Origin: Gemmatimonadota bacterium
GTDB taxonomy: Bacteria; JBHIER01; G020348925
Direction of reading: 5' to 3'
Length of the DNA: 64,000 nt
NCBI GenBank assembly: GCA_020348925.1
Contig: CP070758.1
Location: 1,382,469-1,446,468, forward strand
Part shown: positions 42,589-52,072 of the stretch, piece after piece
How positions within the stretch are numbered: the stretch's first letter is position 1
Layout of the letters: every line of letters starts with the position of its first letter
Notes under the pieces: generated by a model
The model's database searches: none
The model's input: the letters and a program-made list of their open reading frames with translations, nothing else
What the model was told of the DNA's origin: nothing
Program-made: the position numbers and the translations under genes

Positions 42589-43701
42589 ATGTACCGGATC
42601 ACTGTCAACGTGTTTTTCATCATATGTTCTCTCTTTCTGATTCAGCCGACTGGGGAGGGCTGCTCAATTTTTACGCTCTCACACGGATCCGAGACCGTGT
42701 ACGGTCAGAATCTCGATTGGCATAGGCCGCTGCCCGGTCTCGTTGTGGTGAACAGGCGCGGCGTTGAAAAAACGGTTCTCCATTGGAAGGGGCATTGGCC
42801 GGCGGCAGGGGAGAGGGAGTGCGTGTCCTGGATTTCGCGCTACGGCTCGGTGACCTTTACGTGTTACGGCCGTGACTTTATTGAAGGCGGGATGAACGAG
42901 GTCGGTCTCATGGTGGATGAAGCCAGCCTTTTTGGAGTCTACCCGCAGGACGATGGCAGACCGGGTGTATCCTGTGCGCAGTGGATGCAGTACCAGCTGG
43001 ACAATTTTGCCGGTGTGGGTGAAGTGCTCGAGCATTTGAATGATCTCCGGCCCGACGGTGAGGGGTGGCATTACTTGATCGCCGACAGCAGTGGAGCCTG
43101 TGCCGTCATCGAGTACCTGAGCGGTGAGGCTCTCTTTTACACCGGCGATTCCGTGGACGTGTGCGCACTGACGAACACGACCTACGCGCAGGCTCTCAGC
43201 CATGTACCGATGGATAGGGCTTTCGGAGGGGAGCTCGACATCGCCTCCGGCAGCGATTCATACGGACGTTTCGTTCGTTTGGCGGCGTTGCTCAGGAATT
43301 ATGATCCGGCCCACGATGGCAGCGCTGCCGACTACGCGTTCCACATGCTGAAGGAAGTCAGTGTCGAGGACACCCGTCGCTCGGTGGTCTACGATGCCGG
43401 GAAAAAGAGGGTCCTGTGGAAAACGGAAAAGAATCCGCAGGTGCGATGGCTCGATCTCGGTGAGCTTGATTTCTCACAGGATTCATCAACGAAAATTGTC
43501 GATGTCGACGCTGACGGTGTCGGGAATGTGAAAACCCAACTTCAGGATTATACGCTCGAGGCAAACCGGGCTGTTGTTAAGGCAATTCTTGGCTCCGGGA
43601 GTCTCAGTACGGCAACCGGTCAGGAATTGAAGTCACGTGGATTCACCCTGGAAGAGGTCGTCGAACTCATCACCCGCCATCCCACCAAAGACATTCGTTA
43701 G
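42589..43701 (+). CDS. Secreted linear amide C-N hydrolase (choloylglycine hydrolase / penicillin V acylase family)
   Basis: Signal peptide, then the N-terminal nucleophile 'CSIF', GQNLDW, GMNEVGL, WMQYQLDN, HYLIAD and RFVR. Confidence 0.85.
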   Translation: MYRITVNVFFIICSLFLIQPTGEGCSIFTLSHGSETVYGQNLDWHRPLPGLVVVNRRGVEKTVLHWKGHWPAAGERECVSWISRYGSVTFTCYGRDFIEGGMNEVGLMVDEASLFGVYPQDDGRPGVSCAQWMQYQLDNFAGVGEVLEHLNDLRPDGEGWHYLIADSSGACAVIEYLSGEALFYTGDSVDVCALTNTTYAQALSHVPMDRAFGGELDIASGSDSYGRFVRLAALLRNYDPAHDGSAADYAFHMLKEVSVEDTRRSVVYDAGKKRVLWKTEKNPQVRWLDLGELDFSQDSSTKIVDVDADGVGNVKTQLQDYTLEANRAVVKAILGSGSLSTATGQELKSRGFTLEEVVELITRHPTKDIR

Positions 43702-43806
43702 AATATGATTCATATGTTCGAGATGATAAGAAAAATCAACCCTTCTCTCATTCCCAAACTCTGTTTCCTCCTATTGTGTGTATCGCTTTTGCCCATTCAC
43801 GTTTCT

Positions 43807-43838
43807 ACGCATCGACGCATTTACGCATACACGCATTT
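43807..43838 (+). repeat. 8-bp tandem repeat (ACGCATnn x4)
   Basis: ACGCATCG ACGCATTT ACGCATAC ACGCATTT, immediately upstream of the intI promoter. Confidence 0.7.
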
Positions 43839-43843
43839 ATTTC

Positions 43844-43872
43844 TTGACTTTTACCCCAGAATAGTATATGCT
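43844..43872 (+). promoter_or_regulatory. sigma70-type promoter of intI
   Basis: TTGACT-N17-TATGCT. Confidence 0.55.
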
Positions 43873-43902
43873 TACCACGCTTAGATAACCGAAAAACTCA
43901 TT

Positions 43903-44254
43903 ATGACATCTCATTTGTTAATGACGGAATTTCCCTTGGAAAGAATCCCGAATATTGAACGAGCTGGCATACTCGTTCGAAAAGCGAAACTATTGGATCA
44001 GATGAGGCAAGCTCTGCGATCCCGCCATTACGGCCGCCGGACCGAGCAGACGTATTGCCAGTGGGTGAAGCGGTTTGGGAGTTTGGAGTCAGAGTCCAAA
44101 TTTTCTCATGGTTGAAACAATAAGGCTGCAGATAATTAGAGTCAAGCGGAGACTTGACCCCTTTGAAGACCCCTTTGAACATACTCATGTTCTCAATCGA
44201 GGTGGAAAGGGAGTAAAAAGCCCAATGGATGGTTTGAAGAGTGAACAAAAATAG
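43903..44254 (+). pseudogene. intI: Integron integrase with internal deletion
   Basis: 43903-44076 encodes the IntI N-terminus 'KLLDQMRQALRSRHYGRRTEQTYCQWVKRF'. 44183-44254 encodes the IntI C-terminus 'THVLNRGGKGVKSPMD'. The catalytic core is replaced by about 104 bp of unrelated sequence. Confidence 0.9.
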
Positions 44255-44257
44255 CCA

Positions 44258-44413
44258 TGTCTTATACAGACCGTATAAGACACAATGGAGTCTGAACATT
44301 AAAACGGAACACATTATGGTTCCAATGACTTAGGACACAAATAACCGAATAGTCTTATATAGCTGAAGCTCATGCGGAGCTTTCTTATACAGACTGTATA
44401 TTCATTGTTGGGC
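44258..44413 (+). promoter_or_regulatory. Putative attI region
   Basis: Ends in the G|TTGGGC core site (44407-44413). An 18-bp direct repeat TCTTATACAGACYGTATA lies at 44260 and 44383, with a partial copy at 44352. Confidence 0.65.
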
Positions 44414-44522
44414 AACTTAGCGAGGTGCACCCATTGAACAGCCACAGTCCGATTCATCCCAGAGATGTGCCGACTCCGTTCTTTGTGCTATTGGAGACGA
44501 TCTGAAGCATTTCTTCATTCCG

Positions 44523-45275
44523 ATGGTCGGTCTCCAAGTAACAGTATCTCCACCCACGGCGAACGTGCTCGGATCGGGCACGCTGGTCAAGGTTGCGCGC
44601 GAGTCCTTCATTCTGACCGCAGCCCACGTTTGGGAGTTTGCTCAGGCATACCCGTCCATTGGACTGGTCCGGGTTGGCTCACCCTCCATCGTTACCGTGA
44701 GACGCGATTTCATTGTCCCGCAAACCCTGGGCCGGGCGCCATTCGGCGAATGGGGGCCCGACTTGGCACTCCTCAAGATTCCTTATCCCGACTCCGGCAC
44801 TTTGCTAGCGAGACAGTCCGCTCTAGATCTCGTCGCGGAACGTGGAAGTACACCAGCTCATCCACCCAGCAGCGATGCAGGCTTCTGGGTCACGCTCGGT
44901 GTGGTCGCTGAGCGCAGTGACATCGCGTTTGACCTTACTGAGCGTGAGATGTCCATAACAATTGACGGTCCACCGAGTTTCTCTCCTCGGGCGGTGCTAC
45001 GGCAGAACGGTGCATTTGACTATCGTGACGTATCATTCGATCCAGGGATCTCATTCAACCCACAAAGTCATGGGGGAACAAGCGGTGCAGGCCTCTGGTT
45101 GGTCCCTTTGTCCCGCGACGCGAATGGCACCGTGGTCTGGCGAGGTGCGAGGATCTTCCAGGGAGTAGCATTCTGGGAGCAACGAGAGTCCCCTGAAGAT
45201 GGGTTCATTCGATGCCATGGAGCGGACAGCCTCTTCAAGGTCGCGTGGGAAACATGGGGGTTGCCCAACAAGTAA
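44523..45275 (+). CDS. Cassette 1: trypsin-like serine protease
   Basis: GSGTLV, ILTAAHV (His), DLALLK (Asp), GGTSGAG (Ser). The stop lies within attC1. The frame is open from about 44421. Confidence 0.75.
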   Translation: MVGLQVTVSPPTANVLGSGTLVKVARESFILTAAHVWEFAQAYPSIGLVRVGSPSIVTVRRDFIVPQTLGRAPFGEWGPDLALLKIPYPDSGTLLARQSALDLVAERGSTPAHPPSSDAGFWVTLGVVAERSDIAFDLTEREMSITIDGPPSFSPRAVLRQNGAFDYRDVSFDPGISFNPQSHGGTSGAGLWLVPLSRDANGTVVWRGARIFQGVAFWEQRESPEDGFIRCHGADSLFKVAWETWGLPNK

Positions 45276-45361
45276 ATGCACCCGACAGCCGCTGCCTCGC
45301 CAGAAGATCAAGACGTTTGATTGCTAGGTGGTTGCTGCTGCGGGTGATTTGCAGGTTAGCT
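45263..45361 (+). mobile_element. attC site 1
   Basis: R'' GCCCAAC ... R' GTTAGCT. L'' AAATGCACCCG vs L' CGGGTGATTT leaves an extra G. GTTGCCCAAC is the reverse complement of the cassette start GTTGGGCAAC. Confidence 0.92.
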
Positions 45362-45382
45362 ACACGGCAATAGGATAAAGAG

Positions 45383-46372
45383 ATGAAATTCACCGAAATT
45401 CAAGATGCACTTAGAGACATTGGATGGCGTGAGTTTGAGAGTTTCGTAGTTGATGCTCTTTGTGCAATGGATCGATTTTCGGATATTCGGCATAACAGCG
45501 TCATGGGGGGGCATCAGATCGATGTAGTCGCAGAGGAAAAGGACCCTCTGTCGAGCACACCAGTTCGGTGGTTATTCGAGATTAAGGCGTGGAAGAGGAG
45601 AATAGGACGAGAGGTAATAGAACGTCTACACTTCTTGAGTCAGTCACTTGGTGGATCACCACACGGACAACGCGTCGTACTGGTATGCAACATCCCGCCG
45701 ACTAAAAGCGCAGCAATGATGGCACGACAGTTCGGGATTGAAATCTGGGACCCTCTGAAATTAATTGAGCTAGTCCCCTCACAAGTGTTACAGAAGTACT
45801 TTGGAAGTGACGCCTCCAGTGCCTTGCCGGATAGAGAGAGTGAGACTAAGACGCGAGCGTTTCATGAGTCTCTTAGTAAGCTGCGTCCAGGCCGGAATGA
45901 TTGGTTTTCTTACCAACGACTCGTTTCCGAGATGTTCGAATATCTGTTTTGCCCACCACTTGAGTCTCCACGTGACGAAGTACCAGATGCTGATGCTCGA
46001 AATAGACGAGATATTATTCTTGAAAACGGGGCACCAGATGGATTCTGGAGTCGCTTGAGAACCACTTACGCTGCTGATTTCGTTGTTGTATATGCGAAGA
46101 ACTACGTTGCACCGCTCAAAAAAACGCCAATACTTGACGTTGCGCATTACCTTAAGCCGCACGGTTGCGGGATGTTCGCGATAATTGCTTCTCGTTCTGG
46201 CGCTGGTCCCTCTGCGATCCATGCTGTAAGAGAACAGTGGATAGCATCACGTAAAATGATACTTGTACTTGATGATCAAAATCTGAAGGACATGATTGAT
46301 CTGAAGCAAGAAGCTGGTGATCCGGAAGATTTACTTAGACGTCATATAGCTGAATTTCGTATGTCGTTGTGA
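45383..46372 (+). CDS. Cassette 2: restriction endonuclease (Mrr-like domain plus a second PD-(D/E)xK-like domain)
   Basis: 'WREFESFV...IDVVAE...FEIK' and 'RRDIILEN...VVYAKNY'. Confidence 0.8.
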   Translation: MKFTEIQDALRDIGWREFESFVVDALCAMDRFSDIRHNSVMGGHQIDVVAEEKDPLSSTPVRWLFEIKAWKRRIGREVIERLHFLSQSLGGSPHGQRVVLVCNIPPTKSAAMMARQFGIEIWDPLKLIELVPSQVLQKYFGSDASSALPDRESETKTRAFHESLSKLRPGRNDWFSYQRLVSEMFEYLFCPPLESPRDEVPDADARNRRDIILENGAPDGFWSRLRTTYAADFVVVYAKNYVAPLKKTPILDVAHYLKPHGCGMFAIIASRSGAGPSAIHAVREQWIASRKMILVLDDQNLKDMIDLKQEAGDPEDLLRRHIAEFRMSL

Positions 46373-46378
46373 CTCGGT

Positions 46379-46438
46379 AGCTAACAAGGCAAATTCAGCC
46401 GACGCAAAAAGCCGCGCGGCTGATTAGCACCGTTAGGC
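46379..46438 (+). mobile_element. attC site 2
   Basis: R'' AGCTAAC ... R' GTTAGGC. AATTCAGCCG vs CGGCTGATT leaves one extra base. GTAGCTAAC complements the cassette start GTTAGCTAC. Confidence 0.92.
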
Positions 46439-46483
46439 CGATTTTATAGATTTATATCCTGATATAAGCAGGAGGAGATAACA

Positions 46484-47296
46484 ATGGAAGTTAAACAGGT
46501 AAAACTCATCTATTTTTCACCTACTGGAACCACTCAAAAAGTACTGGAAAGTATCGCTGAAGGTATCGCTGTTGAAGATGTCGAGCATATTAATTTCACA
46601 CTTCCGGAGGGAGCTCAGCAAATCATTCCACCATTCTCAGATGAACTCGTCATTATAGGTGCGCCTGTTTACGGTGGCCGTCTTCCAGTTGATGTAATCA
46701 AACGATTCAAACAGTTGAAAGCAAGCAACACCTTGGCGATTATCATCGTTGTATATGGGAACCGGGAGTTTGAAGATGCGTTGTTAGAATTAAAAAATCT
46801 TGCACTTGAGTTGGGCTTTAGTCCGGTTGCCGGTGGTGCATTCATTGGGGAGCACTCTTTTGCAACAGAGGAGGTCTCCATCGCAAATGGACGTCCGGAT
46901 AGCCTGGATGTACAAAAGGCAATAGATTTTGGAGTAAAAGTTAAAGATAGAATCACAGCGTTACAATCACCTGATGCCCAAATTGATTTGGATATTCCCG
47001 GCAGATTTCCATATGAAGCAGACGGAGCGCGAGCTATGGCTGTTTCACCAGTGACCAAAGAAGACACATGCACAGTTTGTGATACGTGTGCCAGTGTATG
47101 TCCAACTGCAGCCATTTCAATTAATGAGAGCGTGGCAACAAAAATCGAGCTATGCATCCGCTGTTGCGCTTGCATTAAATACTGTCCCGAAAAGGCAAGG
47201 GTCATGGAAGACGAGATGTGGAAAAATATTGCCAACTGGTTAAATGAAAATTGCAATGCTCGGAAGGAACCTCGAATTTTTGGGGTGGATCTGTAG
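46484..47296 (+). CDS. Cassette 3: flavodoxin-fold + 2x[4Fe-4S] ferredoxin protein (EFR1-like)
   Basis: YFSPTGTT, PVYGGR, YGNREFEDAL, CTVCDTCASVCP, CIRCCACIKYCP. Confidence 0.88.
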   Translation: MEVKQVKLIYFSPTGTTQKVLESIAEGIAVEDVEHINFTLPEGAQQIIPPFSDELVIIGAPVYGGRLPVDVIKRFKQLKASNTLAIIIVVYGNREFEDALLELKNLALELGFSPVAGGAFIGEHSFATEEVSIANGRPDSLDVQKAIDFGVKVKDRITALQSPDAQIDLDIPGRFPYEADGARAMAVSPVTKEDTCTVCDTCASVCPTAAISINESVATKIELCIRCCACIKYCPEKARVMEDEMWKNIANWLNENCNARKEPRIFGVDL

Positions 47297-47334
47297 GATC
47301 CAATTTTGTAAAGTTCTTGTTCGTCTAGCATATG

Positions 47335-47393
47335 GCCTAACAATGCCTTCGAGGCGACGTCCTAAAGGCCGCGCCTCAAGGCAGGCGTTCGGT
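47335..47393 (+). mobile_element. attC site 3
   Basis: R'' GCCTAAC ... R' GTTCGGT. GCCTTCGAGGCG vs CGCCTCAAGGC leaves an extra C. GGCCTAAC complements GTTAGGCC. Confidence 0.9.
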
Positions 47394-47418
47394 GCAGAGG
47401 AAATCTGCGAAACTTGAC

Positions 47419-47447
47419 TTGACAATAGCTTGGAATGTAATTACATT
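47419..47447 (+). promoter_or_regulatory. Cassette-internal promoter with palindromic operator
   Basis: TTGACA-N17-TACATT. A perfect 14-bp palindrome AATGTAATTACATT (47434-47447) overlaps the -10. Confidence 0.75.
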
Positions 47448-47453
47448 GTATCT

Positions 47454-47486
47454 ATGAAAACAACGATCGTCAGAATTGGCAATTCG
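47454..47486 (+). CDS. Cassette 4: AbrB/MazE-family antitoxin, N-terminus only (truncated by gap)
   Basis: MKTTIVRIGNS, leaderless after an autoregulated-type promoter. Confidence 0.7.
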
Positions 47487-47586
47487 NNNNNNNNNNNNNN
47501 NNNNNNNNNNNNNNNNNNNNNNNNNNNNNNNNNNNNNNNNNNNNNNNNNNNNNNNNNNNNNNNNNNNNNNNNNNNNNNNNNNNNNN
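47487..47586. other. Assembly gap inside the cassette array
   Basis: Run of N. Confidence 1.
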
Positions 47587-47880
47587 GAAGATTGTCAAGT
47601 TTGTTTTTGAACAAAAGCATATTTGGAATTTTTCAAGAATCGACCGTTTCGTAATGAAGCTGTAAGCCTTGCTCGTGTGGTATATAAGTCAAAACATTTG
47701 GTTCGGTTCTTTTCAAAGAGTCCGCCAAACAACATCTATTACTTTCGCTTTTGTATTTTTAAAGGAAACGTAAAAAATGTTGTTTGGCTTTGTGTGGAGC
47801 ATCACCATCTGGTTGCTTCAGCACGTAATTTTCGTAACGTGCATCACTCAGCATTTAGTTGCATTGGCTTACGTCCGTTG

Positions 47881-48014
47881 CCCTAACTTTTGTTGCACCG
47901 GAATGTAGGACAGCTTTTGAAATCCAGAAAAATTTGTGCAATAATTAAAATTCTATACTTTCCGGAACGAACGGTGCGTTGATCGCCCTATATCCGGTGA
48001 ACATCACGTTATGT
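47881..48014 (+). mobile_element. attC site 4
   Basis: R'' CCCTAAC ... R' GTTATGT. TGTTGCACCGGA vs TCCGGTGAACA leaves an extra G. Confidence 0.85.
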
Positions 48015-48057
48015 CATAAAAACAATATACTTATGGAAATATAAGGAGATATATAAG

Positions 48058-48663
48058 ATGAGAAAATGTTTGGCATTTTTAATAATTCTATTACCACTAT
48101 TGATACATTTATCAATCGATAATGCTTTTTGTCAAACTGAACGAGAGCAGTGGCAGCCCCCAGAACAAATTATGGATTCAATTGGCGTAAAACCCGGAAT
48201 GATAATAGGTGAACCTGGAGCAGGACGTGGGTATTTTACCTTTCATCTTTCAAAGAGAGTTGGCGAAAAGGGTAAAGTCTATGCAAATGACATATCTCGT
48301 AGTAGTTTAAATGAAATCGATATGCGTGCAAAAAGAGAAGGGATAAATAATATTGAAATCGTATTAGGAGAAATTGAAGACCCTTTGTTCCCAGTAAAAG
48401 ATCTTGATATGATAATAATGGTATATGTATTACACATGCTTGATAAACCATTATCTTTTATGGAAAATATTAAAAAATATATGAAAGATGATACACCTTT
48501 GGTTATCATCGAGAGAGATACTCATAGGGAACGTGCACATCCCCCTTCTTTTATGACGAAAAAACAGATATTAGAAAGTCTTCAAAAGACAGAATATGAA
48601 TTAGAAAGGGTAGAAACATTCTTGCCAAGAGATACTATTTATATTTTTAAATTAAAGAAATGA
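48058..48663 (+). CDS. Cassette: class I SAM-dependent methyltransferase with signal peptide
   Basis: N-terminal hydrophobic signal, WQPPEQIMD, GEPGAGRGYFT, VYANDI. Confidence 0.85.
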   Translation: MRKCLAFLIILLPLLIHLSIDNAFCQTEREQWQPPEQIMDSIGVKPGMIIGEPGAGRGYFTFHLSKRVGEKGKVYANDISRSSLNEIDMRAKREGINNIEIVLGEIEDPLFPVKDLDMIIMVYVLHMLDKPLSFMENIKKYMKDDTPLVIIERDTHRERAHPPSFMTKKQILESLQKTEYELERVETFLPRDTIYIFKLKK

Positions 48664-48689
48664 TCCTATCAATAAATATAATTTTGAAG

Positions 48690-48815
48690 CCATAACAACT
48701 GGCTGTAGTGGATTTAAAAAATCTTAGTTGTTTTGAGAACGTCAGCTTTACTGGAATTACATTTTCAATTATGATTGACGTGCAGTTTTTAAACCACTGA
48801 GCCATTACGTTATAA
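48690..48815 (+). mobile_element. attC site 5
   Basis: R'' CCATAAC ... R' GTTATAA. TGGCTGTAGTGGATTTAAAAA vs TTTTTAAACCACTGAGCCA pair with extrahelical bases. Confidence 0.85.
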
Positions 48816-48848
48816 CTTTTATAGTATCAATATTAATGGAGTATAGTA

Positions 48849-51845
48849 ATGATTCCTAAATTAAGAATCTTATTCATATGCTGGTTATTTATTTCTATTA
48901 TGATCCAATTACTCCTCGCACAGATCTCACCTTTATCGGAAAACATTTTTCCTGTGAAACAAAAAATCACATCTACTGAATACAAAATACATAAACCAAA
49001 ACATTTAGAAAAAATTCCTCCGGCACTTTATACAAAAACAGACTGGAAAGAGATCATTGACTCGACATGGGGCGCAGGATTATCGACTACCGAGAATTTG
49101 ACTATTTTTGATAAAGCCTGGAACGACATTGATCAAAGATATGGGGCATTCATGAATATATCTATTAACATAGATTCACTAAGAGATTTATATCGACCGG
49201 AGATAGAAGCAGGTGTTAGCAGGGGAAGATTTGCGGCAATATTAAATCACCTGGCGTTTGCTCTCAAGGATGCGCACACACTTATTGAATATATGCCGGT
49301 AAACGTATTTACAGATATTCAACCAGGGATACCTCTTTTTGTAACTGGTGCTTGCGTAGATATAAGCCGCTTTGGTGCAGGTTTAACACCGTTGCCGGAT
49401 AGCACTCTATTAGTTTACAAAGCACTTCCAAACCATACATTGGGGCTGCAACCCGGTGATATTGTTTTAGGTTATGATGGTGTACCCTGGAAACGACTGT
49501 ACAAACAATTGTTAGATGCGCAATTACCATTAAGGAATACACAAATGGGAAGCAATGATGAATCTGCAATACATATATTATTGCAAAGCGCCGGGTTAAA
49601 CTGGCACCTGTTTGATACAATTGACATTTTAAAGTATGATTCAGGAGATACAATCCATTTGCAAACCGCCTTATTACTAAATCAAAGTGGCAACATTTGG
49701 GGAAATGAACAACTGCCCATACCTGGGGTTGCTTTTCCCGACGTATATAATAATGATTTTGTAAGCTGGGGGATTGTTGAAGGTACGACAATCGGTTATA
49801 TTTATGTATGGAGTTGGTTCCTGGATTCTGATGTAAGCGCACAATTTTATGATGCTGTTTATAATATTATGTTTAATTATGAAACCACTGGTTTAATTGT
49901 TGATTTTAGAGTGAATTATGGTGGGGACATGCGAGTGGCGGATGCAGGCTATTCGCTTTTATTCAATGAAACACTCCAAAAAATTGCGTTCGATAACCGA
50001 GGTGATCCCGGTAATCATCTCGATATGGTACCTTCCACAACCCACCCTACGTATCTTTGGACAATAAGAGGCGATCCCGAAACGTTTTATGATAAACCGA
50101 TAGCTGTTTTAACAGGTCCGAATGCGTTTAGTAATGGTGACTGGGAATCAGTAAGAATGCAATTTCATCCCATGGTTCGTACATTTGGTAAATCGACAAA
50201 CGGTGCATTCACTATTAATGAAAGACGAGATCTGGGGAATTCTGATTTTATGTTTTGGCTGTCTACAGGCAGTGGCTACCTCATTGAAGGACATGAATAT
50301 ATGGCTCATCGGAGCGCGAATATTGACGAAAGGATTTGGCTGATGCAGGAAGATGTGGCCAGGGGCAGGGACACGGTGGTCGAAGCGGCCATCGCCTGGA
50401 TCGGCAATCCCTATTACCTTCGCGCGGATTTCGTCGCCGATCAGATCACCGGTCACGCGCCCCTGACGGTGAATTTCACCGACCAATCCTATGCCGTCCC
50501 CACCACCACGGCCTGGTCCTGGGATTTCGATGGTGACGGCGCCATGGATTCGTATGAACACAATCCCACATGGACCTATCTGGAGCCGGGAACCTACACC
50601 GTTTTCCTGGAGACATCAAACAATTCCACCTCCGATACCTTCACCCGGGAACAGTACATCAGCGTTTTTGACGGCGAGAGCGCCCTCCGGTTCGATAATG
50701 AGAACAGCTACGTGCTCTGCCCCGCTGACACCGGACTGAATCTCACCGATACCTTTACGCTTGAAGCCTGGATCCGTCCCGAAGGATGGGGTGAATTTCC
50801 CACCCTGGGATACGGACGGATACTGGACAAGACATATCTGGCCCTCTATCTCATCGGCTCAAATCCCGCTGTCAACAATCACAGCCTGGCGATACAGTTC
50901 ATGCATGCCGACAATTCCACCAGTTTCATGACCTCTCCCGAGGGCTCCATTGAACTCGATACCTGGCAGCATATCGCCGTGACTTACGACGGCGCCGCCG
51001 GCATGGTTCATTGCTATAAAGACGGCATTGAGCAGGAGATCTCATTTACCGGTATGCCCTCCGGTGCCATCCGGGACAACGGCGCAAGCGACCTGTATAT
51101 CGGTAGCAATCCGACCGGAAGTTACACTTTCGACGGCGTCATGGATGAGATCCGGATCTGGAATGTGGTTCGCACGGCGGCGGACATTTCGGACCACATG
51201 GATTCGTATCTGCTGGGAGATGAAGCCGGGCTCCTGGCTTACTGGAACATGAATGAAGGAAGCGGGGATATCCTGACAGATGAAACCCTGGGTGAGCATG
51301 ACGGCATGGTGATAGATGCCGACTGGATCCAGGGGCTGCATCTGGATCCGCCCTCCCTGGACGACGATGGAGACGGGATCCTTGACGTCGAAGATAACTG
51401 CCCGATCGTCTACAATCCCGGGCAGGAGGATACCGACGGCGACGGACCGGGTGATGCCTGCGATAATTGCCCTCATGTGTACAATCCGGAGCAGGAGGAC
51501 GCCGACCATGATACAACGGGCGATCCCTGCGATGACTGTACCGATACCGATGGCGACGGCTTCGGCGATCCCGGCTACACCGCCAACATCTGCGAGGAAG
51601 ATAACTGTCCCCAGGTATTCAATCCCGACCAGGAGGAAATCGCCCGGGGAGACATCGACTGCGACGGCGGCGTCAATGTTCTGGATGTGCTGGGAACCAT
51701 CAACCACATCTTAGGCACAACACCCCTCATCGGTGCCCCCCTTGACAGAGGCGACTGCAACGGTGACGGAGGCATTGACATCCTGGATGTCATCGGCATA
51801 GTAAACATCATTCTGGGTATCTCCCTCGAATGTTCAGGGGGATAG
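48849..51845 (+). CDS. Secreted S41-family peptidase + PKD + LamG + TSP3 repeats + dockerin
   Basis: LKDAHT, PDZ-like '[13 protein letters not shown]', [39 protein letters not shown] '[13 protein letters not shown]...WSWDFDGDG'. LamG 'WQHIAVTYD...DEIRIWN'. TSP3 'DNCP...NP.Q.D'. Dockerin '[14 protein letters not shown]...[14 protein letters not shown]'. Confidence 0.88.
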   Translation: MIPKLRILFICWLFISIMIQLLLAQISPLSENIFPVKQKITSTEYKIHKPKHLEKIPPALYTKTDWKEIIDSTWGAGLSTTENLTIFDKAWNDIDQRYGAFMNISINIDSLRDLYRPEIEAGVSRGRFAAILNHLAFALKDAHTLIEYMPVNVFTDIQPGIPLFVTGACVDISRFGAGLTPLPDSTLLVYKALPNHTLGLQPGDIVLGYDGVPWKRLYKQLLDAQLPLRNTQMGSNDESAIHILLQSAGLNWHLFDTIDILKYDSGDTIHLQTALLLNQSGNIWGNEQLPIPGVAFPDVYNNDFVSWGIVEGTTIGYIYVWSWFLDSDVSAQFYDAVYNIMFNYETTGLIVDFRVNYGGDMRVADAGYSLLFNETLQKIAFDNRGDPGNHLDMVPSTTHPTYLWTIRGDPETFYDKPIAVLTGPNAFSNGDWESVRMQFHPMVRTFGKSTNGAFTINERRDLGNSDFMFWLSTGSGYLIEGHEYMAHRSANIDERIWLMQEDVARGRDTVVEAAIAWIGNPYYLRADFVADQITGHAPLTVNFTDQSYAVPTTTAWSWDFDGDGAMDSYEHNPTWTYLEPGTYTVFLETSNNSTSDTFTREQYISVFDGESALRFDNENSYVLCPADTGLNLTDTFTLEAWIRPEGWGEFPTLGYGRILDKTYLALYLIGSNPAVNNHSLAIQFMHADNSTSFMTSPEGSIELDTWQHIAVTYDGAAGMVHCYKDGIEQEISFTGMPSGAIRDNGASDLYIGSNPTGSYTFDGVMDEIRIWNVVRTAADISDHMDSYLLGDEAGLLAYWNMNEGSGDILTDETLGEHDGMVIDADWIQGLHLDPPSLDDDGDGILDVEDNCPIVYNPGQEDTDGDGPGDACDNCPHVYNPEQEDADHDTTGDPCDDCTDTDGDGFGDPGYTANICEEDNCPQVFNPDQEEIARGDIDCDGGVNVLDVLGTINHILGTTPLIGAPLDRGDCNGDGGIDILDVIGIVNIILGISLECSGG

Positions 51846-52072
51846 GGACCATGAGACTAGGGGTCACCTATGAAAAAGTTGCAACTGTGGTTGATGAGTA
51901 ATCTTAAATTATCATAATAAATCCTGTTGTCAAGTCATTCTTCTTCATTCTTTGACAGAGATCTGGTCCAATACAGTCTCATAGGACTATTCGTCAGTCA
52001 CCTATTCGTGCTCGAAGCACAGTATGTTGTTGGACACCGGCTGCGCAATCAGACATAGAGAACCTCTTCGGG

